Source: Promethearchaeota archaeon (lineage in GTDB: Archaea; Asgardarchaeota; Lokiarchaeia; Sigyniarchaeales; SOKP01). Taken from it: 64,000 bases of DNA. Positions 1-10,192 of the stretch are shown here, one piece after another. The DNA is taken from positions 96,001 through 160,000 of the forward strand of contig JAEOUA010000007.1 of the NCBI GenBank assembly GCA_016839555.1. Reading direction: 5' to 3'. The notes below the pieces were generated by a model that saw only the letters and a program-made list of their open reading frames with translations, was not told the origin of the DNA and ran no database searches. The translations under genes and the position numbers were made by a program. Numbering within the stretch: position 1 is the first letter of the stretch; each line of letters opens with the position of its first letter.

Positions 1-867
1 ATTCCTTATAATCTATTATCACCTGTTTCTATACCAGATTGTTATTATATAGATCTTGTAAATGAAATGAAAAAACAGGAATTTTTAGAGAGTATTCAAA
101 ATTCATATAAAGAAGCTTCAATGAAATATGATTATATTATTATAGAGGGAGCTCCTAGTATGAAAAAATTTATTCGCGTAGGAGTAGATGATATAAGTGT
201 TGCTCAAACACTTGGAATTAATGAGATTATTTATATAGAAACTGAATCTTCGGATAAAAGTGTTGATAATCTCTTTTTTACTAAAAAATATTTAGATTAT
301 AGAGATATGCAGATCAAAGGCATTATTTTTAATAAAATTGATCAAGAATATTTCGCCCGAATTGAAGAATTGAAAGAAGAACATATCGAAAAATATGATA
401 TACCTATAATAGGAGTTATTGGAAAAAGTCTTGAATTAATGTCACCCAGAGTATCTGAAATTCAAGCTGCAATTGGTGGTAATTTAATGAATGAGTCAGC
501 CTCCTCTGCGCTCGGTGATCGAGTGGAAACTTATTTAATTGGCGCAATGGGTCCACAATCTGCTATTAAATATCTTCGACAGGTGAAAAATGCAGCTTTT
601 ATTACAGGGGGCGATAGATCGGATTTAGCAATGAATGCATTAAATGAAAGCGTAACATGCTTAATTTTAACGGGATATATAGAACCAGACACCTCTGTTT
701 TAACAAAAGCAACTGAAAAAAACATACCTGTTATATTAAGTCCTTCAGATACATATACCACCTTGAGAAACATTGAAAGAATACGACCAAGTATAGAACA
801 AGATGAAGTTCATTTAGTAAAAGACTTAATTAAGGATAGAATTAATTGGAAATTATTACTTAAATAA
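1..867 (+). CDS. DRTGG-domain / BioD-like phosphotransacetylase N-terminal family protein, 5'-truncated by the window edge
   Basis: Frame is open from base 1 to the ATG at 67; IIIEG motif, GIIFNK and ITGGDRSD (DRTGG) motifs. Confidence 0.8.
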   Translation: MPYNLLSPVSIPDCYYIDLVNEMKKQEFLESIQNSYKEASMKYDYIIIEGAPSMKKFIRVGVDDISVAQTLGINEIIYIETESSDKSVDNLFFTKKYLDYRDMQIKGIIFNKIDQEYFARIEELKEEHIEKYDIPIIGVIGKSLELMSPRVSEIQAAIGGNLMNESASSALGDRVETYLIGAMGPQSAIKYLRQVKNAAFITGGDRSDLAMNALNESVTCLILTGYIEPDTSVLTKATEKNIPVILSPSDTYTTLRNIERIRPSIEQDEVHLVKDLIKDRINWKLLLK

Positions 868-1012
868 TTTTTTTTAACCTTTTCAGATATAGAGGCTTAG
901 TATTCTCTGCTATTTATTTATTAATATTTAATTCACTGAAAAATAATATGTTGTAAAATATTAAACAACTATATTTGAAGTATAAGGCAGATATGGCGAG
1001 AAACAGAATTTT

Positions 1013-1543
1013 TTAATATTCTTTTATTAGGGTATCTACCAGTATTTGAGAAAACTCATTAAAAGCCAGTTCAACATTTTTTCCTGTCTTAGCACTCGTC
1101 TCAATATATGTACTATTATGAGTGCTTGCATATTCTTCGGCTTGGTTTTTATCTACCACTCTACCGATTTGCTCTAGTAAATCTGCTTTATTTCCAATTA
1201 ATATAAATGGAATATCTCCCGCATAGCCTCTTACTTCGTTTAACCATCCCTCAATAGCTTCATACGTTTCCATCCTTGTTAAATCAAACACTAATGCGGC
1301 CCCGCTCGCACCTCTATAAAACGCAGTGCGCATCGCCTCAAAACGTTTTTGTCCTCCGATATCCCAAATCATAAGTCTTACTTTTCCGTTTCCTCTAACA
1401 TTAACTAGCTTAGATAAAAAATTAACTCCTATTGTCAATTTATAATTTTCTGAGAAACGTTCATATACAAGTCTCTCTAAAAGACTGGTTTTTCCGACGG
1501 CGGCGGGCCCGAGGATGAGGATTTTAAAGAGATAGTTTTCCAT
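1013..1543 (-). CDS. Rab-like small GTPase (176 aa)
   Basis: G1 GPAAVGKTS, G2/RabF1-like TIGVNF, G3 WDIGGQ, RabF4-like FYRGA, G4 NKAD, G5 ETSAK; no C-terminal Cys. Confidence 0.93.
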   Translation of the reverse strand: MENYLFKILILGPAAVGKTSLLERLVYERFSENYKLTIGVNFLSKLVNVRGNGKVRLMIWDIGGQKRFEAMRTAFYRGASGAALVFDLTRMETYEAIEGWLNEVRGYAGDIPFILIGNKADLLEQIGRVVDKNQAEEYASTHNSTYIETSAKTGKNVELAFNEFSQILVDTLIKEY

Positions 1544-1790
1544 GATTATGATTCTCTGATAGTAAATTCAGTGAATTATTAACTACATAAATTTATTAAA
1601 TTTAAAATTATGCTAATAAAATTATTAATAAGGGTCCAAAATGTGTGAATAAAAAAATAAAAAGATTTTTATCAAATTAGATTTACTTATTCATTCAAAA
1701 AGAGAGAAAATAAAGAAAATTTAAACTAAAAAAGTTTTAAGAAATTATTTTTCTTACTTAATTTATTTTCTCTTTGAATAAAGAATTTTT

Positions 1791-2321
1791 TCACTTTTGT
1801 TTTATGATGGTATCAACTAGCATTTGAGAAAATTTTTGAAAAGCCTCATCAACATTTTCTCCTGTTTTCGCACTGGTCTCAATATAAGTACTATTATGTG
1901 TTCTGGCAAATTCTTGTGCTTCCTTTTTCTCTACTACTCTTACAAAATGTATTAATAAATCTGCTTTATTTCCAATTAATATAAAGGGAATATTTCCAGC
2001 ATAATGTCTTACTTCATTTAGCCACTTTTCAATCGCATTATATGTTTCCAACTTTGTTAAGTCAAAAACTATTACAGCGCCGGCCGCACCTTTATAAAAT
2101 TCAGTGCGCAAACTCTCAAAGCGTTCTTGTCCTCCAATATCCCATATTGATAATCTTATTATTCCGTTTTCGCTAAGATCGACAATCTTAGATAAAAAAC
2201 TAACTCCTATTGTCAATTTATAATTTTCTGAGAAACGATTATATATAAATCTCTCTAAAATACTGGTTTTTCCGACGGCGGCGGGCCCTACAATGAGTAT
2301 TTTAAATAAATAGTCTTCCAT
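1791..2321 (-). CDS. Rab-like small GTPase, tandem paralog of 1013..1543 (176 aa from the ATG at 2321)
   Basis: Same G1-G5 motifs; ATG at 2321 (MEDYLFK) gives exactly the length of the neighbour (MENYLFK), so it is preferred over the 2348 start. Confidence 0.92.
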   Translation of the reverse strand: MEDYLFKILIVGPAAVGKTSILERFIYNRFSENYKLTIGVSFLSKIVDLSENGIIRLSIWDIGGQERFESLRTEFYKGAAGAVIVFDLTKLETYNAIEKWLNEVRHYAGNIPFILIGNKADLLIHFVRVVEKKEAQEFARTHNSTYIETSAKTGENVDEAFQKFSQMLVDTIIKQK

Positions 2322-2453
2322 AATTACTATTATTTCTCTCCTTAACACAGTGAATTATTAAACTAATAAATTTAAAGAATTTAAAATTTTGCCAATAAAT
2401 TTATTAATAAAGGTCAAAACTAAATGAAGAAATTAAGCAAGAGATATCATACT

Positions 2454-3248
2454 TTATTTTCCCTTAAACCTCGGTTCTCTTTTTTCTTTAAAAGCTCTAA
2501 TCGCTTCTCGAAAATCCCGAGTTTTATAAAGTTCCATATTTCTTTGTTTCTCTAATTCATGAGTTCTCAGAATAATTTCCTGAAAGTTTTGGTGAATAAG
2601 TTTTTTTTTCAATTCAATCGAAAGAGGAGTCTTATTTTTAGAAAGTAAATTTTTAGCTTGCGCTCTTGCATATGTTAATAATTTTTCCTTGGGAAGTACT
2701 TTATTGATCAGTCCGAGTTTTTCAGCTTTTACCGCAGTTATTTTTTCACCAAAATAGAGTATTTCTTTTGCTCTTTGAAATCCTACATATAAAGGAAGGA
2801 TATAAGACATTGCAGATTGAGCTATTACCCCTCGTTTTACAAAATTAAATTGAATCCATGCATCTTCAGCCATATAGATTAAATCCGCCCCCATTAGAAC
2901 CATGGTGATGCCTGCGCCAATTGCATAACCATTTAAAGCTGCAATAATTGGCTTTGAAAAATTCCAAAATTTTACCTTAGGTTTCTTTCTTTGTGTAGAT
3001 AGTGATTGTTGACTAAAGAATTTTAAATCAAAATATCCTCCCGAGGAAAAGGCATTAGCTTTTTTTGCGCCTGTAATGATTAAAAGCCGTGCATTTTTAT
3101 CCATTTCCATATCGGAAAGCACTGTTCCAATTTCAAAAAAAGTACGTTGAGATAAGGCGTTTCTTCTCTCCGGTCTATTGAGAGTAATTATATAAATTCC
3201 ATCCTTCTCTTTTTCATAAATAATATCCTCAAACTCATTAAAAGTCAT
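2454..3248 (-). CDS. Crotonase-fold enoyl-CoA hydratase/isomerase family protein
   Basis: ITLNRPERRNAL, AFSSGG, KPIIAALNGYAIGAG, C-terminal FKEKREPRFKGK; paralog of 25237..26058. Confidence 0.88.
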   Translation of the reverse strand: MTFNEFEDIIYEKEKDGIYIITLNRPERRNALSQRTFFEIGTVLSDMEMDKNARLLIITGAKKANAFSSGGYFDLKFFSQQSLSTQRKKPKVKFWNFSKPIIAALNGYAIGAGITMVLMGADLIYMAEDAWIQFNFVKRGVIAQSAMSYILPLYVGFQRAKEILYFGEKITAVKAEKLGLINKVLPKEKLLTYARAQAKNLLSKNKTPLSIELKKKLIHQNFQEIILRTHELEKQRNMELYKTRDFREAIRAFKEKREPRFKGK

Positions 3249-3377
3249 TTTTGCGATCTTTTTATTTTTTTAATTGTTCTAATAGGATAATTCCCCATAT
3301 TTATCTTAAAAGAAATAAATAGATTTCCGCATATTTAGATAAAAGGAAATTTTGTGGGGACTCTGATATCAGCAATA

Positions 3378-5213
3378 TTAAATCGTCTCATCCTTTATTT
3401 CTTCTTCATATTGCTTTCTTTTTTCCTTTAAATAAGCAGGAACAGGTACATCCCACCATCCCCATGCTGGAGATCCTTCATATTTAGGAGTATTATTTAT
3501 AATTACTTCGATAACGGCAGGTCCATCTTGAGAAAATGCTTCATTTAATGCAGGTTTGATCTCATCTGCTTTTGATATACGTGTTGACCAACATCCAAAT
3601 CCTGCTGCAATATCGGCGAAATTAGGAGAATAATAATTCCCATTTTTATCTTTAAATTCAGTTGCATGTCCTCTTTCAATTCCATATACATTCCATTGAA
3701 GGTCCGTAATTGCAATCCAAGCAGCATTGTTTAATATCATAATTACAACGTTTAATCCAAGCTGTTTTGCTGTATGGAGTTCTGCCATCGTCATCATAAA
3801 ATCACCATCTCCCAATAAACCAATCACTTGCGTATTTGGTTTTCCTAATTTAGCACCAATAGAAGCGGGAAGTGTATACCCCATAGTACTAAACCCTCCT
3901 GCTGAAATGCAAGTATTTGGCTCATAAAATTCAATCTCTTGAATCATTTGGGCTTGCACATTACCCGAGCTCGTTATTATAATAGCATCTCTATCAAGGA
4001 AATCCCTTACTTCCTTTAAAACGCATGAGATCATAACTGGCTCCACAGTATCATCAGCATATTCTTTTAAAAAATTGTACCACTTTTCTCTTAAAGCTTG
4101 TATCTCCTTGTAATAATCTTTCTTTTTATAATCTACAGGCTCATAATTATTTCTGAGATAATTTAATAAATCTCGAAGTACTGCTTTAACATCTCCTATA
4201 ATTCCCACATCAACCGGGTAATTCTTTCCAATTTCATGAGGGTCAATATCAACTTGAATAAGACGGGTATCATCTTCTTCCGGCCCAAAATTCCATGCCT
4301 CACCCTTTTTATAAGAACAGGTTGATTCATCAGCAAATCGAGTTCCTAAAGCGAATACGACATCAGAAGTTTTACTAAGTTCAATACCAATTTCCGTTCC
4401 TTTAGAACCCGTAGCCCATCCGAAGAGCGGATGATCATTAGGAAATGCATCTTTTGCCATCATTGAAGCTAAAACAGCACTTCCCGTAAATTCAGCAAGT
4501 TCTTTTACTTCTTTATATGCTTTTGAAGCGACCAGCCCCCCTCCTAACCATAATACGGGTCTTTTTGCTTTCATAAACAGGTCTGTTGCTTTTTTTATTT
4601 GATTCATGTCACCCCGAATTCTACCTTGGGGATGATGTTTTTCTACGACTGGGACTTGTTTGAAAGTTGGGGCACATTGAATATCCATAGGAAGATCAAT
4701 ATGAACTGGGCCAGGTCGCCCTTCTTGCATAATATTGCATGCTCTCTGAATTGTTCGAGGAACTTGATCCACTTGAGCTACTTCAAATGAACGTTTTACG
4801 AGAGGTCTTAATGCATTAGGGAGATCACTATCCCTTCGTCGTTCAATTTCTTGTAAAACACCTACCCCACGCATATGAACATGAGTATCACCCGTTATAA
4901 GTAAGACGGGCATTGAATCTACATACGCATCTGCTAATCCAATACAAGTATTTAATGCTCCCGGACCAATGCTGGTAAATACTGCTAACGGTTGACCTGT
5001 GACACGATAATAACCTACTGCCATATGAACTCCTGCTTGTTCCTGTTTTGGTTGAATTACTTGAATTTTATCTTTACGTCGATAAAGAGCATCAGTAAAA
5101 CCTAAATTTCCATGTCCTGGTATTCCAAAGATATAAGGCATTCCTTGGGCAATCAAATAATCTACAATAACCTCGGAGCCGGTTTTAAAATTCTCTTCTT
5201 TGTTAAGGCTCAT
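3378..5213 (-). CDS. Thiamine-pyrophosphate enzyme, acetolactate synthase/IolD-like
   Basis: FGIPGHGN, QEQAGVHMAVGY, TSIGPGALN, GRPGPVHIDLP and TPP motif GDGDF...NN. Confidence 0.85.
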   Translation of the reverse strand: MSLNKEENFKTGSEVIVDYLIAQGMPYIFGIPGHGNLGFTDALYRRKDKIQVIQPKQEQAGVHMAVGYYRVTGQPLAVFTSIGPGALNTCIGLADAYVDSMPVLLITGDTHVHMRGVGVLQEIERRRDSDLPNALRPLVKRSFEVAQVDQVPRTIQRACNIMQEGRPGPVHIDLPMDIQCAPTFKQVPVVEKHHPQGRIRGDMNQIKKATDLFMKAKRPVLWLGGGLVASKAYKEVKELAEFTGSAVLASMMAKDAFPNDHPLFGWATGSKGTEIGIELSKTSDVVFALGTRFADESTCSYKKGEAWNFGPEEDDTRLIQVDIDPHEIGKNYPVDVGIIGDVKAVLRDLLNYLRNNYEPVDYKKKDYYKEIQALREKWYNFLKEYADDTVEPVMISCVLKEVRDFLDRDAIIITSSGNVQAQMIQEIEFYEPNTCISAGGFSTMGYTLPASIGAKLGKPNTQVIGLLGDGDFMMTMAELHTAKQLGLNVVIMILNNAAWIAITDLQWNVYGIERGHATEFKDKNGNYYSPNFADIAAGFGCWSTRISKADEIKPALNEAFSQDGPAVIEVIINNTPKYEGSPAWGWWDVPVPAYLKEKRKQYEEEIKDETI

Positions 5214-5400
5214 ATTTTAGAAAATGTTCATAACTTTTTTAAATGTTTGCTTTTCCAATTAAAACATTTCGAAGTTTATTTGGGTTAATAAATGCTAAAA
5301 ATTACTATATTATTTTACTTTTTTTTAATTCTGAAATGAAGTTTTTTAATAAGGATTAGTTTAAATTATTATAAAATCAAAAAAATAAAATTTAATATCC

Positions 5401-6513
5401 ATGAAGATTGGCATTCTTGGCACCGGACTGAGAAAACAAATATTAAATTTACATATATTAGCATATTTAGAAAGAAAAGATACAATAATCAGTGCTTTAT
5501 GCGATAACACAATAGAGGGAGCAAAATCTAAAATAAATCAATTTAATTTTAGAGATTCAATAAATTTTTATACCGATTATAAGCAAATGATTGACAATGA
5601 AAACTTAGATATAATTGAAGTTCTCTCACCCCCTAATTTACACGCAGAATCAATCATATATGCCGCAAAGAACAATATCAATGCAATATTGGTCGAGAGC
5701 CCGATAGCAACATCATTAAAAGAAGCAGATAAAATAATTGAGATATGCAAAAATAATGAGGTCTTTTTATCCATTTATGAAAATTCTCTTTTTGCACCCC
5801 ATATTAAAGAAGCAAAAAATTTGATTGAAAACGATTATATCGGCGATATTGCCTCCCTTAGGATAAAAGTTGCAATTGGAATTGAAAAGGACGATAAGGA
5901 AAACGTTTTCAGGAAGTGGGAGGTACATGGACAAAATATAGACGAAATTGCGGTAAATCCAAATTCTTCCTTATTCGAGGCCGGATTTCATGCGTTTTCA
6001 TTGGCAAGATGGCTTTTTAATGAAGAGATCAAAAAAGTATTTGCATGGAAGGGAAATTATAACAATATGGAAGCCCCCATTTTTGTCAACTGGAAATGTA
6101 AAGAAAAAGAAGAGCATATTGTACCCAAATATGGTAATATGGAACTCACATTAATACCTAAGATAAAAATTCCTTCAAATTATTATCCAATGGATGAATT
6201 TATTGAAATAATTGGAAGTCGTGGATTAATGAAAATCAATCAATGTTGCTCAATTGGTAATAAAATGACAGAGGCACCTGTTTTCTCTCCCCTTGTTATA
6301 GTAAGGGATGGAAAGGTTGAAACCCAAAATGAGTTCCAAAAAGATTGGAAATATAGCTTCATAAATGCTACCAATTATTTTATAGAAGCCTTTAAGAATA
6401 ATAAAAAACCAGTTTTGTCTGGGAAAGACGCAAAAAAAATTTTAAACTTTTATCTGGCAGCAATTAAATCCGCTCAAATTAAAAAAGATGTTTATATAGA
6501 GGAAATAAATTAG
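5401..6513 (+). CDS. Gfo/Idh/MocA oxidoreductase-like protein with degenerate motifs
   Basis: N-terminal Rossmann fold, YTDYKQM...LDIIEVLSPPNLH; EKP motif reads ESP; paralog of 6531..7790. Confidence 0.8.
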   Translation: MKIGILGTGLRKQILNLHILAYLERKDTIISALCDNTIEGAKSKINQFNFRDSINFYTDYKQMIDNENLDIIEVLSPPNLHAESIIYAAKNNINAILVESPIATSLKEADKIIEICKNNEVFLSIYENSLFAPHIKEAKNLIENDYIGDIASLRIKVAIGIEKDDKENVFRKWEVHGQNIDEIAVNPNSSLFEAGFHAFSLARWLFNEEIKKVFAWKGNYNNMEAPIFVNWKCKEKEEHIVPKYGNMELTLIPKIKIPSNYYPMDEFIEIIGSRGLMKINQCCSIGNKMTEAPVFSPLVIVRDGKVETQNEFQKDWKYSFINATNYFIEAFKNNKKPVLSGKDAKKILNFYLAAIKSAQIKKDVYIEEIN

Positions 6514-6530
6514 AATTAACCCATAAGAGA

Positions 6531-7790
6531 TTAGATTTCGTATTCATACTTAAAATCTTTGTGTTCTAATCCTTGTTCTATACCTTTTTTCAAGTCTTTC
6601 CTTTTTCTCCTATTATATTTTGACAATCCCCTACTTAATTCTGCTGGAGGAGGTTCTACTAAGCACACACCTTTATTTTCAGAATCGGCACTAAACTCAT
6701 CCCACTTCACGATCCTCTCTTCTTGTTGCGAAATATAAGGCATTTTTCCAAATATTACTAAATTTTTTCCTTGCTCTCCAGTACATACGGGCGTCCCCTT
6801 CCCTGTTTTAACGATCTCAATGAAATGTTCCGTGGAATTAATAAAGGAGTATCTCCAATCTCGTGGTAAATCCTCACCATATATTTTCACTTCACCATTA
6901 GAATATACAACGATAGGAGGATATTGAGGGGTTTTAGATAAAAAGTTTCCTCCCGAAGTACATTGATTTATCCACATGATACCCCTTGTTCCTGAAATTT
7001 CTATAAATTCATCAATTGCATAATAACTAGAAGGATAATATAAATTAGAGGCGTAGGTAAACTCCATAGAGCCGAACTTAGGGGGATCTTGTGGATTATT
7101 TTGAGGATATTCCCATATAATATTGGCTGGAGCATCTATAACTCCTGTGAAATAATTAATCCATCCATGTAATGATTCAACTCGATCTTGATCCATAAGC
7201 CATAATGCTAATGATAATTTATGCTGCCCATCATCAAATACTTCTGGACCACCACCACATTTCTCTACAGTTATTCGCCATTGGTAAGCTTTAACTGCTA
7301 ATGGCATACTAGGACCCGCAGTTAAAATATTTATAATTCTAAAAGTTAATTGTTCACCAATAATACCTTGGTTTAATAGTTCCTTTGCTCTTAAATAAAC
7401 TGGGTAAAAGCGGAAATTTTCATATATTTTAAGCCGAACATTCTCTTGGTTACATACTTGAATAATTCTATCGCAATCAGCAATGGTATGCGCCATGGGT
7501 TTCTGTAAAGAGATATTGGGAACACCTGCTTTTGCACAATACTCTGTCATGGGAGCATGAAGATGATGAGGAGTTAAGATTTCTACAATATCAAGCTCTT
7601 CTCTATCAACCATTTCTTTATAATCTTTATAATATTTAAGAGACCGTAACCCCCATTGTTCCAATCTCTTTGCAGCACATTTCACATCCACATCTGAAAC
7701 TGCTGTGAGTTTAGTATCTTGGGAGTGAATGTATCCCAAAACATTTAAATTGGAGATAATTCCACAACCTATAATTCCTACATTAAGCAT
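6531..7790 (-). CDS. Gfo/Idh/MocA NAD(P)-dependent oxidoreductase
   Basis: GIIGCGIIS, LDIVEILTPHHLH, QKPMA, ENFRFYP, GGGPEVFDDGQH. Confidence 0.87.
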   Translation of the reverse strand: MLNVGIIGCGIISNLNVLGYIHSQDTKLTAVSDVDVKCAAKRLEQWGLRSLKYYKDYKEMVDREELDIVEILTPHHLHAPMTEYCAKAGVPNISLQKPMAHTIADCDRIIQVCNQENVRLKIYENFRFYPVYLRAKELLNQGIIGEQLTFRIINILTAGPSMPLAVKAYQWRITVEKCGGGPEVFDDGQHKLSLALWLMDQDRVESLHGWINYFTGVIDAPANIIWEYPQNNPQDPPKFGSMEFTYASNLYYPSSYYAIDEFIEISGTRGIMWINQCTSGGNFLSKTPQYPPIVVYSNGEVKIYGEDLPRDWRYSFINSTEHFIEIVKTGKGTPVCTGEQGKNLVIFGKMPYISQQEERIVKWDEFSADSENKGVCLVEPPPAELSRGLSKYNRRKRKDLKKGIEQGLEHKDFKYEYEI

Positions 7791-7939
7791 TTTTTATCAT
7801 TACTCCTTAAAGAATTTAAAAATTTCAGAATTAATTATTTTTATTATTATTTAACCTTCTTAATATCTTAAAAGAGTTTTTATTTATGAAAAAATTATTC
7901 TTTTTATGTTTTATTCCATATATCAGAGGTTAGATTTAA

Positions 7940-9379
7940 TTGAATGATTTATCATCGGAAATTGATGATATTTTCCATTCTAAATCCATGGCTATATTTG
8001 GAGTGAGTAGGAAAGGTGGTTTAGGAAATGTATTATTACAAGCATTTATTGATCAAGAATTTCCTAATATATTTATCGTCAATCCTACTATAACGGAATC
8101 TAATCTTGAAATACTGGGAATACCTGTTTTTTCAGATTTAGAATCTATTGGAAAGCCTGTAGATCTGGCTATATGTTCCACTCATCCTAAATATGTTAAA
8201 GACATAATAATTGAATGTGGTCAATATGGAGTTAAAGCGGTAGTAATTTTTTCAGCTGGATTTGGAGAAAAAAATGAAAAAGGTAAAAAGGCTGAAGAGG
8301 AATTATTAAAAATCGCTCAGAAATATAAAATGAGATTAATTGGACCTAATTGTATGGGATTGTATTGTCCCAAGACAGGATTATCGTTCTTTCCAGCATT
8401 GCCAACAGAATCAGGTTCATTAGGATTCATTAGCCAAAGTGGGTCAATTGCCAATATTTTAGGTTTTAGTTGCATGGTGAAAGGAATTCATTTTTCAAAA
8501 TCTATAAGTTACGGCAATGCTATAGATTTAGGATTCAATGATTTTTTAGAATATCTGGGTTATGATCCTGACACAAAACTCATAGCATGTTATATAGAGG
8601 GTGTTAAGGATGGCAGAAGATTTATTAAATTGGTTAAAAAAATAAGGAAACCTATAATCATTTGGAAGGCTGGAATCACGCCTGCAGGGGAACAAGCAGC
8701 TCAATCACATACTGGTTCACTATGTGGAGATAACAAACTATGGGATATAGTATTTGATCAATATGGAGTGATCAGGGTCTATAATTTGGAAGAAATGATG
8801 AGTATGATCCAAGCATTCATTAATCCTATCCCAGTAAAAAATCATCGAGTTGCTATTATTTCAGGACCAGGAGGCCCCGCTGTTTCTTCCGCTGATGCTT
8901 GTGAGATGAATAATCTAATATTGGCAGAACTGACTGATGAATCAAAAAAGAAACTCCAAAATTTTATTCCTGAATTCGGATCAAGCACGTCAAATCCAAT
9001 AGATTTAAGTCTTCAAGCAACCTTTGACCCAATATTGGAAAAAAACGCGTATGAAATCGTTGGAAGGGATCCTAATGTTGATATGATGCTTATTTATTTA
9101 ACGATGTTAACTCCTCGATATAAAGATTTAATAAAGTTACAAGAAGAAATTTCTAAACCAATAGCTATCGCAACTGCGATAGATGTGAATATTTCATCAG
9201 ATCCTTTCAGTAATTATATTAAACGATCATTCATACATATAAGGGCAAAAAAAGTTCCTAACATAATAAAGAAAATGAATCAAAAAGGGATTTCAATACA
9301 TCCAAACGAACATATTGCCGCTAAGGCGTTATATAATATTTTTCAGTATTATAATAAATCTAGTAAATCGAATTTTTAA
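7940..9379 (+). CDS. Acyl-CoA synthetase (NDP-forming) alpha-type CoA-binding protein
   Basis: CoA-binding domain, RLIGPNCMG, SQSG, phospho-His motif AAQSHTGSL, NPIDL; no ATP-grasp domain; TTG start with GAGG upstream. Confidence 0.85.
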   Translation: MNDLSSEIDDIFHSKSMAIFGVSRKGGLGNVLLQAFIDQEFPNIFIVNPTITESNLEILGIPVFSDLESIGKPVDLAICSTHPKYVKDIIIECGQYGVKAVVIFSAGFGEKNEKGKKAEEELLKIAQKYKMRLIGPNCMGLYCPKTGLSFFPALPTESGSLGFISQSGSIANILGFSCMVKGIHFSKSISYGNAIDLGFNDFLEYLGYDPDTKLIACYIEGVKDGRRFIKLVKKIRKPIIIWKAGITPAGEQAAQSHTGSLCGDNKLWDIVFDQYGVIRVYNLEEMMSMIQAFINPIPVKNHRVAIISGPGGPAVSSADACEMNNLILAELTDESKKKLQNFIPEFGSSTSNPIDLSLQATFDPILEKNAYEIVGRDPNVDMMLIYLTMLTPRYKDLIKLQEEISKPIAIATAIDVNISSDPFSNYIKRSFIHIRAKKVPNIIKKMNQKGISIHPNEHIAAKALYNIFQYYNKSSKSNF

Positions 9380-9561
9380 AAAATATTTGAAAATTTATTA
9401 CAATCCTAATTCACATTTAGCACATTATAATAATTTAGCTTAATCTTTTTTTATGAACTATTAATACAATATACATAAACAGAGAGTAATTATTATTTAT
9501 AATTTAATAAAAAAAGATTAAAATAAAAAATCAAAATCTAATATAACAAGAAAAAATAAAT

Positions 9562-10137
9562 GTGAATGTGAACTTCTTGGATTATTTACCTGAAAATAGA
9601 AAAAATGAAGAATTTGGTGATTCAAATTGGGACTTTATAGAAGTTTCAAATGTTAACGACAAAATTATTAAAGTACTATTAGATAAATTGAGTTTAGGCG
9701 TTTCTGAAGATTTCTTCATTTCTTTCGAAAGTTTAATCAAGATTGGTAAAAAAGCTAAGAGTCAAATTCTCTCCTTTATTCAAACACAAAACCCTAATTC
9801 ATTCATTCGAGACTTATTGTATTTAATTCTTCAATATATAAATGAAGGAGATATTGATACGCCTCTTATTTTTCACTTGTATCATCCTGATTTTGTTATT
9901 CGAGCAAAAAGTATAAAGGAGATAATGGATATGGAAAAAGATAATTATTTCAAATATATAATCCCCTTAATTGATGATCCGGATGATTCAGTTCGCTTTC
10001 AGGTACTGAAATATTTTATTTCCCAAGAGTTAATACCAAATCCTATAATTAAAAATCAATTAAGGAAACGTCTTAACAAGGAGTTAAATCCTATAATAAT
10101 CAATAAGATTAAGGAAATTCTTAATAAAACTTCTTAA
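9562..10137 (+). CDS. HEAT-repeat-like helical protein
   Basis: LYHPDFVIRAKSI and LIDDPDDSVRFQVL HEAT-like motifs. Confidence 0.65.
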   Translation: MNVNFLDYLPENRKNEEFGDSNWDFIEVSNVNDKIIKVLLDKLSLGVSEDFFISFESLIKIGKKAKSQILSFIQTQNPNSFIRDLLYLILQYINEGDIDTPLIFHLYHPDFVIRAKSIKEIMDMEKDNYFKYIIPLIDDPDDSVRFQVLKYFISQELIPNPIIKNQLRKRLNKELNPIIINKIKEILNKTS

Positions 10138-10192
10138 TTTCCTATAATACATTAATATTTTTAATCATTGAACATAATTCTTAATTTAAATA

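Larger units (their letters stand above)
1005..2420. repeat. Tandem duplication of a GTPase gene plus ~100 bp of upstream non-coding DNA
   Basis: cagtgaattattaa...ataaattta...aatttaaaatt.tgc.aataaa.ttattaataa.ggtc.aaa occurs at ~1569-1640 and ~2348-2419; agaattttt follows both stops on the + strand. Confidence 0.8.
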
